Below are positions 18,294 to 28,255 of a stretch of DNA of 64,000 nucleotides, in pieces (the stretch's first letter is position 1; each line of letters begins with the position of its first letter). The stretch lies in contig JBBTQI010000001.1 in NCBI GenBank assembly GCA_038078835.1, positions 722 through 64,721 on the forward strand. Direction: 5' to 3'. The notes under the pieces were generated by a model, which saw nothing but the letters and a program-made list of their open reading frames with translations, was not told the origin of the DNA and did not search any database. The DNA comes from Patescibacteria group bacterium (GTDB lineage: Bacteria; Patescibacteriota; UBA1384; XYA2-FULL-43-10; 1-14-0-10-43-13). The position numbers were made by a program, and so were the translations under genes.

Positions 18294-20892
18294 CTCTCTG
18301 TCCTCGCCTTACCAGTAGGTACCGCAAACTTGCCAACATGGCTAACGCTGATATAATCAATCCCAGATAGAATAATCTCTGTGGCCAGAACTCAATAATT
18401 AATTCGAGGCTCTTGGTGCCATCGGGATTGGTTTGACAATGGCCGCTCTCTTGGCAAAACCTTTCTGCATTGACAATCCATGCATTAGCGTAACCGTTTA
18501 CTTTAAGATGGGTTTGAGCATCGCCAAGAGGAGCCTTAAACCAGGTTTCGGCAACTCCACCATTACCTAGATTATCATTTTGAATGGTTCCTTGGAAGTT
18601 TTTGGACACAAAGTCAATCTTGTTCCGATCGCCTAAAGTTGACACCAAACCTCGATTAACATAATCAGCCAGCTCCTCCCGAGTTGCCCCATCCGCCTCA
18701 TTCCCCCCTGGAATTTGATAAGAATTCAGCAGGTCAGCAGGTAAGCTAGTAAGCGAGTCAGCTGTCTTGCTATCTTGCTGTCTTGCTATCTTGCTTATAT
18801 AAATCTTCCACCCCCTATGGTACGCCTCATTAAAAACCAGCAGGAAGTCTTCCCTGGCCTGATGTGCAACAACGCGATATTTGACCGGGGAGATTTTCTT
18901 GAATTCAATTGCCGGAGGATTAACCGTTTCTTCCGCCAAGCGCGCCATGGATTCGGCTTTATTCGGATTGTCGCCGCCAAAGACTACTGCCGATGCCGTC
19001 TCCTTCGGCCAAATATCCAGAATTTTGGCCGGCACTTCATTTGATTTGACGATTTTTCGAGGAACGTAAATATGCGGGAGGAAAGATTGGCCGTTCAGGC
19101 GGTAGAGAAAAAAGTCGCCCCAGATTTGTACTAAAGAGAAGCGTTCACTTCTGAGCATGCTTGCGATCATCTCTCTGTTAATCTTGTTTTTATAGACTTC
19201 CTCATTGACATTATCCCGACGGAAAATAACATAACGCGTATTCAAAATCGCCAAATAGCGATCGATCTCTTCGGAGAAATTCTGAAATTCATTCTCGTAC
19301 CGACGATAAAGATCGGCTAATAGTGGTGACGATTGCGGATTAAGACCGATGCTGTTACCGTACTGGTTCAAAATTAAATAGGGGGCGGGACCGAGTAAAT
19401 TCCAGAGCGGGTCAACACCGACGCTTGACCAGCGGTAAATCGTCCAGGAGCCGGAGGGAGAGCCGGCATTATCGGGCAAAATCAGGTTGCGTTGGTCAAG
19501 GCGAATCCGCTTAACTCGCTCTGCCCCTGCATAATAATCCACCGGAATAGAGTAGTAGCGTTTAAGAAATTTATTGGGGATCACCTCGTTCCGGGGAATG
19601 ATGCCATTAATAAAGAAGGGGTAGGCGTTAATGGCAATCGCTCCCAATGTTAGAGCCAGAGCCAGCCAGCCCAACTTCCTCCGATAAGCAAATACTGCTG
19701 ATAGAGCGAGCGCCAAGAAAATCGACAGGACAAGAATGAGAATCGGATAGAATTTTTCCATCGAGAAACGGAAGATCCGAAAGGGCGTGTTGTCAATCAG
19801 CCAGGCAAAGGGAGCAGCCAGAGGATCATGAATGCCCTTAATAAGAAAGATTAAAACTAGCGCTGTTACCGCCCACACAAAGTATCTCTTCAAGTACTTG
19901 CCCTTTTCCCAGAGAAAAAAAGTCCAGGGCAACAAAGCCAAAAAGTATCCGGCCAGGATTATAAGCGGTTTGGTAAAGTAATATTTCCCGAAGAGATAAT
20001 AATTGGGATCACGTGTCGCCCAGAATCCTTGAAGGCGCAAAACCTCAAAAAAGGAAGTGAAGCGAAACTCATAATTCCGCAAGTTTCCATTGTCAACCCC
20101 GGCGCTCTGGCCCATAAACTTGCTCGATTCAAAAAAAGAGAGTGGGCGCAGAATCCACCATAGGTTGGCTAGTAGGTAAATCAGGGTAAATTGGAGATAA
20201 GTCGTTTTATTCTGCCAAATATCCCGCCGGTAGATGATGCCTAAGGGAATTAAGATCATAAAGAAGGCCAAAAAGTAAGCCGGATTCTCAAAAGCCGGGA
20301 CAGCTAAGATGTTTACAAAAATAAAATATAGAAAATAACGTGACTTAACCCTTTTCTCCTTCGCTTCAAATATCCTGATCAGATAATAAATAAGCAAGGG
20401 GGCGATGCTGTATATGAACATGGCGATCAGGAAACCGTGTCCCCAGCGATAGTTATAGAGAAAGGGATTAAGGGAGTAAAACAGGGCACCAACTAAACTG
20501 ATCAAGTTCAGTGCCGGCTGTTTCGCTAAGTTCTTTCTGACAAAATGCCGCACCAGAACAAATGCCGAGAGGCCCGAAAAAAAGAACCAGATTAAAAAAA
20601 GCATCTTCTCGGTGAGAGAGATATTGCGGGTGAAAAAGTGAATCAAGACAAGCAATGAGGTATAAATAAGCGAAGCAGCGTTCCGGTCTTGGGAAACACC
20701 CAGACCGCGAGTGTGATCCCAGCGATACCAGAGTTTCTCCGTGTCAGTGATCGGCTCAAGCATAAAGGAGAAATCGGCCACGTTGATAATGTTATTACCG
20801 TGAAACCAGAAAAAGACCTGACTGGCCAGAACGGCCAAAAGCAGGACATAAAACCAATCTCGGCTGAGAATTTTCTTGAACTTATCGATCAT
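18277..20892 (-). CDS. Large GT-C fold membrane glycosyltransferase-like protein (871 aa) with C-terminal beta domain and terminal TM anchor
   Basis: About 13 TM helices then a soluble domain. The C-terminus ...NGYANAWIVNAERF...LELIIEFWPQRLFYLGLIISALAML mirrors the YfhO-type C-terminus. Paralog of the 832 aa protein. Confidence 0.55.
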   Translation of the reverse strand: MIDKFKKILSRDWFYVLLLAVLASQVFFWFHGNNIINVADFSFMLEPITDTEKLWYRWDHTRGLGVSQDRNAASLIYTSLLVLIHFFTRNISLTEKMLFLIWFFFSGLSAFVLVRHFVRKNLAKQPALNLISLVGALFYSLNPFLYNYRWGHGFLIAMFIYSIAPLLIYYLIRIFEAKEKRVKSRYFLYFIFVNILAVPAFENPAYFLAFFMILIPLGIIYRRDIWQNKTTYLQFTLIYLLANLWWILRPLSFFESSKFMGQSAGVDNGNLRNYEFRFTSFFEVLRLQGFWATRDPNYYLFGKYYFTKPLIILAGYFLALLPWTFFLWEKGKYLKRYFVWAVTALVLIFLIKGIHDPLAAPFAWLIDNTPFRIFRFSMEKFYPILILVLSIFLALALSAVFAYRRKLGWLALALTLGAIAINAYPFFINGIIPRNEVIPNKFLKRYYSIPVDYYAGAERVKRIRLDQRNLILPDNAGSPSGSWTIYRWSSVGVDPLWNLLGPAPYLILNQYGNSIGLNPQSSPLLADLYRRYENEFQNFSEEIDRYLAILNTRYVIFRRDNVNEEVYKNKINREMIASMLRSERFSLVQIWGDFFLYRLNGQSFLPHIYVPRKIVKSNEVPAKILDIWPKETASAVVFGGDNPNKAESMARLAEETVNPPAIEFKKISPVKYRVVAHQAREDFLLVFNEAYHRGWKIYISKIARQQDSKTADSLTSLPADLLNSYQIPGGNEADGATREELADYVNRGLVSTLGDRNKIDFVSKNFQGTIQNDNLGNGGVAETWFKAPLGDAQTHLKVNGYANAWIVNAERFCQESGHCQTNPDGTKSLELIIEFWPQRLFYLGLIISALAMLASLRYLLVRRGQRDEEQI
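18721..18806. repeat. About 80-nt segment near-identical to 23296..23372, containing 8-mer tandem repeat (RTCTTGCT x4)
   Basis: gaatttgataagaattcagcaggtcagcaggtaagctagtaagcgagtcagctgtcttgctatcttgctgtcttgctatcttgct. Encodes QQDSKTADSLTSLPADLLNSYQI in-frame. Confidence 0.6.
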
Positions 20893-21272
20893 CTGCCTGG
20901 CTTCCGAGACTTTTTTAACTTAGGTGTCTCGTTTCTCATTTCGACCATCGCCGCGAGGGCCGCCAGAGTCAAGAAAAGAAACGCCCAATTTACTACCTCC
21001 TCGGCGCGTCCGCTCCGATTACCGATAAGTAACATTGGAGAGAGCGCCATTAACGCCAGGGCGACTTTTAACAACAGCTCGCTCCGGATTGGATTTAAGA
21101 TTAACCAGGACACCAAGACAAAAGCAGCAATTGTAGTCAACTCCCAATTGAGATAAGCGCCAAGCAGGAAAACGAACCCCAGTAGAGCCAAATCGATATT
21201 GCGCTTGGAAAAAATCTTCTGCCGATCAGATTTGATTATAAAGTCGTCAATTTTTATCTTCAGGTGTGCCAT
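20889..21272 (-). CDS. Small (127 aa) membrane protein, paralog of 16326..16694
   Basis: 3-4 TM helices. Sits between the GT-C gene and the 531 aa secreted protein, as its paralog does. Confidence 0.5.
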   Translation of the reverse strand: MAHLKIKIDDFIIKSDRQKIFSKRNIDLALLGFVFLLGAYLNWELTTIAAFVLVSWLILNPIRSELLLKVALALMALSPMLLIGNRSGRAEEVVNWAFLFLTLAALAAMVEMRNETPKLKKSRKPGR

Positions 21273-21278
21273 AGGATA

Positions 21279-22874
21279 TTATTTGATAACCAACTCGGCT
21301 TCGGCGGTCAGCTCCTTCAAGCCAAAGAGCGGGATCTTCTGCTCCATTGTGTCGGCGGGATCATAAGTAACTTTAAGGTAGAGTGTTCTAGTCGCGCCAT
21401 CTCCGGTGATCATCTCAGAGAAAATCTGTTGAGAGGCGTCCGCGCTGTCCTTTTTGACTGTGATCGCCTGCCAGTTTTGGCCGTCGGCTGAATAAGAAAT
21501 AAGGCAGTTCGTGAACTGATTTGAAGTCGGTTTGGCCCTGATAGCAAAGCGTTTATAAGGGTAGAGGGTGTTAAATTTGTAGGTGAAGTCGGCTTTATCG
21601 ATGATCCGGCCGGAGATGCCGCGCTGAACGTTATCGTAAAAAACCAGATTATCGCTCGTTTGGCGGAAATCAGTCAAGTCGAGAAAATCACTAGAGCTGC
21701 CTGAGGTACGATAAGTGTAACGGCCCTCGCCGCCGCCCAGATCTTCGATAATGGCGCCGGTCAACACCGGCTCACCCTGAGTTTGGATAAAGTCAGCGCC
21801 GTAAGCTTTGAAATAAATATCGCCCGAGGCTTTCTTCGGCTTGTTGCGGACAAAGACCTTGGCCTCGCCCGGAGAGTAATTATCCGCCCTCGACCCCTTG
21901 AGGCTTAGGATGTTCAAGTAATTAAAATTGGCTGCTTCATTACTAATGCCGATATAATAAAGTTTGCCCGCCTCGAGCCGGGCGGCCAGCGGAAAGCGAT
22001 AAATGCCCCGATTCGGATCGATCAATAACCGGTTGGCCTGCTCTTTGTTGAAATAATAGTATGCTTTGCGGTCGCGGCTGAAATCAACCTCCCCGCGATC
22101 GTTCGCTTCGCGCAGTTCAAGAAAATAATTTCCGCCGCCGCCGCTACCAGAGAACTTTAGCGCCAGATCAACTTGAGAAATGATATCGGCTTCGGCCCGA
22201 AGGGTCTGGCCGATCCTCTGACCCTTGCGCCAAAATCGATACTCTTTATTAAGATCAACCGAACCCGCTCCGGCAATGACGCCGTTGAAATCGGATTGAC
22301 CAACGATCGTCGGCTTCAAGCCGGCAAGAGAACTGCCATCAAGGCGGAGAGGATAAGAGCGCAGATTAGAGATACGGAGCCGTCCGGGAAAATCAAGGTT
22401 GCCTTTACCGAGTTTTAGCTTCGTTGCTCCAAATCTTGAAACAAAAGTCGTCTCAGTAATCATTTTCCCCTGATTCAGTCCAACCTGCGTCCAACCAAGT
22501 ACCTGCTCCTCACCAAAATCAGAGAGTAGGGACGCTGTCATCTCAACGCGAGGCATCTCCGACGGCAGAGCTTTGCCGTCATACTCCGGAACCGCTTCAA
22601 GATCAAAGAGAAGACGATAAGCTTGGTCCGGTCTGACCGATATCTCCCGAGTGAGGGTTATCACCTCCACCGAAGAAGCAATGTCAAATGTTCCCCGCTC
22701 GGCGCTTTTGAGTTCCTCAATCTGGCGGACCATGATTTCCTCGCTCTGGCGGGGCGGATTAAAATCTTTGCCGAAAAGAAACGCCAGCCCCGATATTAAA
22801 AAGAAGAGCAAATAGCGTTTGTTCTCTCTAACTAAGCAATAAAGATTGCTAGACATTTGCAACTTTCTGACCAT
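21279..22874 (-). CDS. Signal-anchored secreted protein (531 aa), paralog of 16704..18293
   Basis: Same architecture and length as the 529 aa protein. Confidence 0.5.
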   Translation of the reverse strand: MVRKLQMSSNLYCLVRENKRYLLFFLISGLAFLFGKDFNPPRQSEEIMVRQIEELKSAERGTFDIASSVEVITLTREISVRPDQAYRLLFDLEAVPEYDGKALPSEMPRVEMTASLLSDFGEEQVLGWTQVGLNQGKMITETTFVSRFGATKLKLGKGNLDFPGRLRISNLRSYPLRLDGSSLAGLKPTIVGQSDFNGVIAGAGSVDLNKEYRFWRKGQRIGQTLRAEADIISQVDLALKFSGSGGGGNYFLELREANDRGEVDFSRDRKAYYYFNKEQANRLLIDPNRGIYRFPLAARLEAGKLYYIGISNEAANFNYLNILSLKGSRADNYSPGEAKVFVRNKPKKASGDIYFKAYGADFIQTQGEPVLTGAIIEDLGGGEGRYTYRTSGSSSDFLDLTDFRQTSDNLVFYDNVQRGISGRIIDKADFTYKFNTLYPYKRFAIRAKPTSNQFTNCLISYSADGQNWQAITVKKDSADASQQIFSEMITGDGATRTLYLKVTYDPADTMEQKIPLFGLKELTAEAELVIK

Positions 22875-25347
22875 CCGATCTCACTCTGTCTCGCCGATAA
22901 TACCAAATTAGAAATCCCAAACAAGACAAAAAAGTAATTCCGCTTATAGCCAAGCCCAAATAAAAAACTCTCTGAAGCCAATATTCGATCACGATCTCCA
23001 TTTCGTAACCGCCATCTGAATTTAGCGCACAACCGCCGTTTTGGCAAGCCGCCGCCGGGTCAATTACCCAGGCGTTGGCGAAACCGTTGGCCGTAAGATG
23101 CGGCGTCTCAAAGGAAGGCTTAAAATACGTCTCGTAAAATGGCCCCCCCCCTAGATTATCATTCTGTATTGTACCCCGATTCTCCCGGGAGATAAACTTA
23201 ATCGTGCCCTTCTCCCCCAACGTCGTCACCAAATCTTTGGCAATGTAATCTTTAAGCTCATCTCTACTCGCCTGTTCCCCCTCATTTCCCTTCAGAATTT
23301 GATAAGAATTCAGCAGATCAGCAGGTAAGCTAGTAAGCAAGTCATCTGTCTTGCTGTCTTGCTGTCTTGCTAATTTATAGATTTTCCACTTCTCGTCAAA
23401 GCTTTCATTGAGCACAAGGCTAAAAGGTTTGCGGACGCTACTGATCTTCAGTCGGTATTTAACCGGCGAGATTTTTTTGTATTCAATCCGCGGTGCTTGC
23501 TTCCCGTCAATTTGACTTACCAGTTGATCGATTCCCCTAGGGTTTTGGCTGCGTAAAAAGACGGCTGGCGAAGTATTTTTATTAATATCGCCGCCAAAGC
23601 CTTGCAAAGCAGCTATCTCCCCGTTGATAATCCGGGCGTCGCCGGTCGCATATAAATGCGGCCGGGTATTTTTCAGGCGATAGATGACCGTTTGCCCCTC
23701 GGCAAACACCTGCTCCAGCCGACCGCCTAAAACCTCCTTCTCGAGCGCTTGCCACATTTGCCGGCGGCCATCGTTATTAAGATCGTAATTTGAGATATTT
23801 TTTCGCAAAACGATATATCTAACCCCTGTCGGCCATAAGGCGTCCGCAATATTGCCCTCGACGGTTGACTTCTTTAACATATCCAGAAAGTCAGTCGGGC
23901 CAAGGTGGCGATCGGTGGCGGTTAATAAGCCGGGAATGGGAGAGTAGATGGCAAAGATATCGCGAATGCCGCGGGAATATTTCGGGTCATCGTCAACAAC
24001 CATACCACTATAGGAATAGGGCAAATAAAGCACCTTGATATCAGCCTCTTGCCGCGCCATAAACTCCTCGGCCCGATACGCCTCAGGCGGGAAGATCTTG
24101 GTTGTCAGGCGACTGTCGTTGCCGGCGCGATGCTCCCAGGCCGCGAGCTCCCCCGACCACCAAGGGACAAGATAGGTAATCCAAATAGTAAAAAGAAGGA
24201 TGATCGCTATTCTATATTTGCGGTACGAAAGCCAAAAATGATCTACCGCCAGGGCAATCAGAACAGAGAAAGCAAAAACCGATAGCACGCTAAAACGGGC
24301 CAAATCCCGTATCACATTTGAGAAGGGAATATTGAGGAGCACTTCCCGATGCAAGCTAAGATAATACATCTCCAGAGGCACCAGGGCTACAAGCCAGAGT
24401 GAGACAATCAGCCTTCTTCTCTCTTTAATAAAAAGGGTTGGCAGCACTAACAGGGGCACTAAAAATGACAGGAGTGAAAGACCATAGTTGTTAATGATTG
24501 TTTCGTACTGCATATTGTAGAGCGAGCCCCAAAGACGAATTATATTAAGAGGATAAAAATTAAGCGTTGTTCCCCGACTTGTAGTAGCAAAGACATATTC
24601 CGAGCCGGCCACTCCCTCATCCGAGAAAAAAATCTGTTGCAAAAGAGTCGGAGACAATAGGAGAAGGGCAATTATATTGACACTTAAAAGGACCTTTATT
24701 ATTCTGCCGGGACTACCGGCCGTCTTGTAACGGTAGTATGTAAACGCTAACAGAATAATATTGAGCCAAACAAGCGATTGGGGCTGCAGAAAAGAAATTG
24801 CTATCAAAAAAGAAGTGATGACAACCGCCCGGTTGTTTCCGTTAGCCACAGCCTCAATAAAGTACTTTGCCGCCAGCGGTGCAATACCCAAGAACAAGAT
24901 AGCGTAAAACCAGCCGATGATCGCGTAGTTAAACATCACCGGAGTTGTGACATAAAATACCGCCATCAGAGCAGCAACCGGATAGCCAAACTTCAAGTAC
25001 CTGAGAAAGTTAAAGAAAGAATATCCGGCTAGGGCAAACAGGGTGAGAATTAATAATTTTATATGAACCTCGCCGCCCAGCCCGATCAAAGACATGGCGT
25101 TGTTAACAAGTTGCCTCGATAGATCAAATCCAACGGTTTGATTGCGAAACGCGACAATACTGTTAAAGTCCCAAGCGTAAAATGCCATCTGCAGGGATTT
25201 GTATGTCTGAATTTTAGTTAAGGGAAAAGCAATATCTTCACCGATAATAAATCCGGGGAGAGCAACAACGCGGAAGAGAAGCGCAACTGATATCGCGGCA
25301 AAAAAGATGAGGGGTAACAATATTTTTACTTTAGGGAAAATCTTCAT
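22849..25347 (-). CDS. Large GT-C fold membrane glycosyltransferase-like protein (832 aa), paralog of 18277..20892
   Basis: C-terminal region ARQQDSKTDDLLTSLPADLLNSYQI...NGFANAWVIDPAAAC...EIVIEYWLQRVFYLGLAISGITFL is collinear with the 871 aa protein. Confidence 0.55.
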   Translation of the reverse strand: MKIFPKVKILLPLIFFAAISVALLFRVVALPGFIIGEDIAFPLTKIQTYKSLQMAFYAWDFNSIVAFRNQTVGFDLSRQLVNNAMSLIGLGGEVHIKLLILTLFALAGYSFFNFLRYLKFGYPVAALMAVFYVTTPVMFNYAIIGWFYAILFLGIAPLAAKYFIEAVANGNNRAVVITSFLIAISFLQPQSLVWLNIILLAFTYYRYKTAGSPGRIIKVLLSVNIIALLLLSPTLLQQIFFSDEGVAGSEYVFATTSRGTTLNFYPLNIIRLWGSLYNMQYETIINNYGLSLLSFLVPLLVLPTLFIKERRRLIVSLWLVALVPLEMYYLSLHREVLLNIPFSNVIRDLARFSVLSVFAFSVLIALAVDHFWLSYRKYRIAIILLFTIWITYLVPWWSGELAAWEHRAGNDSRLTTKIFPPEAYRAEEFMARQEADIKVLYLPYSYSGMVVDDDPKYSRGIRDIFAIYSPIPGLLTATDRHLGPTDFLDMLKKSTVEGNIADALWPTGVRYIVLRKNISNYDLNNDGRRQMWQALEKEVLGGRLEQVFAEGQTVIYRLKNTRPHLYATGDARIINGEIAALQGFGGDINKNTSPAVFLRSQNPRGIDQLVSQIDGKQAPRIEYKKISPVKYRLKISSVRKPFSLVLNESFDEKWKIYKLARQQDSKTDDLLTSLPADLLNSYQILKGNEGEQASRDELKDYIAKDLVTTLGEKGTIKFISRENRGTIQNDNLGGGPFYETYFKPSFETPHLTANGFANAWVIDPAAACQNGGCALNSDGGYEMEIVIEYWLQRVFYLGLAISGITFLSCLGFLIWYYRRDRVRSDGQKVANV
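23296..23372. repeat. Second copy of the about 80-nt conserved segment / 8-mer repeat (GTCTTGCT x3)
   Basis: gaatttgataagaattcagcagatcagcaggtaagctagtaagcaagtcatctgtcttgctgtcttgctgtcttgct. Confidence 0.6.
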
Positions 25348-25361
25348 AAACTAAATCAAAT

Positions 25362-27662
25362 TTAATCGCCTCTCCCTTTGAATCTCCGAGAAAGGATGGC
25401 GGAGGCAAATGCCAATATAATCAAAGATAAAATTACTTGAAGATAAATATAAAACTGCGGCAGGAAAAATAAGACCACCTCCAAATCAAGCGAACCATCG
25501 GGATTTTCTTTATAATAATCGGTTGAAAATTTACCCCTTATATCGTCAGCAGTCAATATCCAGCCGTTCGCATACTCATCACTGAGAAAATGATCTGTCA
25601 GCCGATTCCTGTTCACGGCGTATTCCGCATCTCCCCACTCAAAAAAGGAGTCTTTTTTAACAACGCACTCCTTCGTTTTGGAGAGCGAATAATTAATTTC
25701 GCCGCCGCAAGAAAAATGATTTGATCCCGTTTTTTTAACAAAAGCCGACCATTGCGAATTAAACGATTGATTAAGCACAATCGCACCGTTGCCGCTCAAC
25801 CCGGTCAGTCTGATTTTGTATTTAACCGGGTTGACCCGCGCAAATTCAACATTTTGGACATTACCCTGAAAAGAAATTACCGGTCTTATATATTCAGGGG
25901 AAACTCGGTAGAGGTCAAAAAGGCCGTTCTCGTTTATTTTATCGACTACTTTCTGGTCTTCCAGCTTTTTCAAGGTTGAAGATACCACTTTTGAGCGCTC
26001 ACTAAACCTTTTATCAATGTCTCTGTGGAAGATCACGTATTCTCCGCTAAATTTTTGAATCAGATAAATAAGCCTGTCCGTGTCAACCCTTTTTTGTCGG
26101 TCAAAATTTTCAAAGGAGGATTCGCTGCCGGCATTCGGATGATCGAAAGTGTTAGCAGAAATATAGTTTTTATCAAAGAGGAGGTGCAAGATGTCTTGGC
26201 CGACAAAACCCCATTTGGGGTAATTCGCCCAATTGATGGAATTAACAACCGAGAAGGGCAACGAAATAACAGATGTGCTCTTACTGCCATTGTTTACTGT
26301 GCCCCTAATAGACTCGTATTCCGCCGGGATTTTTTGAACATAACTGTAATCGCTCCCCTTATTTGACAACATACCGACTATTTTGCCCGTATAGAAAGGG
26401 TGGGGAATGAGCAAGAGCAAGAGAAAAATTATCCGAATAGGCCACTTTCTTATTCTAAGCTCGAGAATTAGGCCCAATAAAACCATTAAATAGACGAAGG
26501 GGATAAAACTAAATAATTTCTCCGGGGATCTGAAAAAACTAAAGAGGGGCAGAAGGTAAAAAGATAAATTCATCTCCTTTACCGGACCGTATGCCCGAAC
26601 CGAAAGAGTGATTAATAGGAGAAAGATTAATATGAAAACAATGGTTAGGTTATGGTTGCTTGTTCCGGTCAACCTTTCTTTGCGGTTACGATAATTCGCG
26701 GCGGCATATTTAACCATCAACCCGACCAGAATGATCATATACGAAGCGGACAAGATCACAGATGAGCCAAGAGTGGCCATCGGGAAGCGATATTTATCAA
26801 CGGCGAAGAAAAAAGAATTGACAAAATCACTGCTTGTTGCCGTAATCCACCCCTCCAGGTCAGAAATAACGGCTGAGGTGGCAATCCCGCCCAGAGAAAC
26901 GGTGGACGCGATCGAAGAAAAATAGAAACCCGCAGCCGCCGGCAAGAGTACTACAAAATAAATGGCGGCTATTTTGCTGATCTTCCGGCACAGCTCAATG
27001 TTAATTCTAACCTTTTCCTTACAAAAAATCAGTAACAATGACAACATTAAAAAATAGATCGGCAACAGTGCCCCCAGGAAAGCCAGATTATTAAAAGCGA
27101 GAAGCGACAACAGCAAAACCAACGAAAAAAGAGCATAATTAGAACCTCTCTCTGGAGCAAGAATAATCTTTAAAGGCAGGGCAACCAATGGGGGGATAAA
27201 TATATAGAAAAGAAAGTGATGAGTAAATCCCCAAGGGTAGGTAAATATCGTGAGAGTGAAATTATTAAGAGCGTAAACTAAACCACCCCAGATTGTAATT
27301 TCTTTAGAGATTTTAGATAAAATAAGATTGACAGAAAAATAAAAACTTAAAAAGGAGCCGTACAGAAGAAAGAAAAGATAAAAACTGCCTATGACACCCG
27401 AACTCGCACCAAAGTAATCCAGAACGGCCAATAAAGAATAAAATGGTGCGTCCACCCACATATTGTTGTATGCCCCCTGACCGATTTGATTTATCCAGGC
27501 GTAAAAATAGCGGCCAAAGTGTTCGGCTGGATCAATCAGCTGGTAGAAGTCTCCCCCGGCGATGAAACGGTCCGGCGGAACAGCATTAATCCAAAATGCA
27601 ATAATAATAAAAAAAAGGAAGAACCCTATGTGTAAGACAATGCTCTTATTTCGCTTGTGCAT
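25362..27662 (-). CDS. Large GT-C-like polytopic membrane protein (766 aa) with C-terminal extracytoplasmic domain and terminal TM
   Basis: About 14 TM helices, a soluble C-terminal domain (NQSFNSQWSAFV...ANGWILTAD) and a final TM (LQVILSLIILAFASAIL). Same overall plan as the other GT-C proteins. Confidence 0.5.
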   Translation of the reverse strand: MHKRNKSIVLHIGFFLFFIIIAFWINAVPPDRFIAGGDFYQLIDPAEHFGRYFYAWINQIGQGAYNNMWVDAPFYSLLAVLDYFGASSGVIGSFYLFFLLYGSFLSFYFSVNLILSKISKEITIWGGLVYALNNFTLTIFTYPWGFTHHFLFYIFIPPLVALPLKIILAPERGSNYALFSLVLLLSLLAFNNLAFLGALLPIYFLMLSLLLIFCKEKVRINIELCRKISKIAAIYFVVLLPAAAGFYFSSIASTVSLGGIATSAVISDLEGWITATSSDFVNSFFFAVDKYRFPMATLGSSVILSASYMIILVGLMVKYAAANYRNRKERLTGTSNHNLTIVFILIFLLLITLSVRAYGPVKEMNLSFYLLPLFSFFRSPEKLFSFIPFVYLMVLLGLILELRIRKWPIRIIFLLLLLIPHPFYTGKIVGMLSNKGSDYSYVQKIPAEYESIRGTVNNGSKSTSVISLPFSVVNSINWANYPKWGFVGQDILHLLFDKNYISANTFDHPNAGSESSFENFDRQKRVDTDRLIYLIQKFSGEYVIFHRDIDKRFSERSKVVSSTLKKLEDQKVVDKINENGLFDLYRVSPEYIRPVISFQGNVQNVEFARVNPVKYKIRLTGLSGNGAIVLNQSFNSQWSAFVKKTGSNHFSCGGEINYSLSKTKECVVKKDSFFEWGDAEYAVNRNRLTDHFLSDEYANGWILTADDIRGKFSTDYYKENPDGSLDLEVVLFFLPQFYIYLQVILSLIILAFASAILSRRFKGRGD

Positions 27663-27663
27663 C

Positions 27664-28254
27664 TCACCTTGCCTTTTTCATAACCAGAGAGATCTCGGCC
27701 GCGCCACCAACCCAATAACACCAAACTCTCTCAAAGAAGATCGGTGACAATTTTATTAAGAAATTCACCATTCTGACAAAGGGGCGGGTAAACTGGGGGC
27801 ACTGGTTGGGATGAATATGTTTGGCATATATACCGGAGTTCGGGTAAAGACCAAGGTATTTTATTTCTTTTAAGAGAACCACAAAATCGACCTTGGTATA
27901 AAAGTGGTGATAATGACCCTGCTCCAAACAATCAAACGACAAATAACCAAATGGCCTGATGTGAGTTAAATCCGTAAAGGCTGCCATAGATGAGAAATGC
28001 GGCACGCGCACATACAATAGTCCTCCCGGCTTTAGAATTCGGTACAACTCTTCCAATTTCGCGATGGGGTCATGGAAATGTTCTAGGACATGATACAGGT
28101 GAATCTCATCAACCGAACCTCCCCTAAAAGGGTATGGCAAAACATTAAGGTTATGGACAACATCAACAAACCCCTCAATCTTAACCCTATCAACCCCGAT
28201 GGCGCCAGGGATTTTGGTTTTACCGCATCCCAGATTTAAAATCACTTTTTTCAT
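27664..28254 (-). CDS. Class I SAM-dependent methyltransferase
   Basis: MKKVILNLGCGKTKIPGAIGVD...ILKPGGLLYV (Methyltransf_11/23 motifs I and post-I). ATG at 28252-28254 abuts the stop of the upstream YfhO gene. Confidence 0.75.
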   Translation of the reverse strand: MKKVILNLGCGKTKIPGAIGVDRVKIEGFVDVVHNLNVLPYPFRGGSVDEIHLYHVLEHFHDPIAKLEELYRILKPGGLLYVRVPHFSSMAAFTDLTHIRPFGYLSFDCLEQGHYHHFYTKVDFVVLLKEIKYLGLYPNSGIYAKHIHPNQCPQFTRPFVRMVNFLIKLSPIFFERVWCYWVGGAAEISLVMKKAR

Positions 28255-28255
28255 A

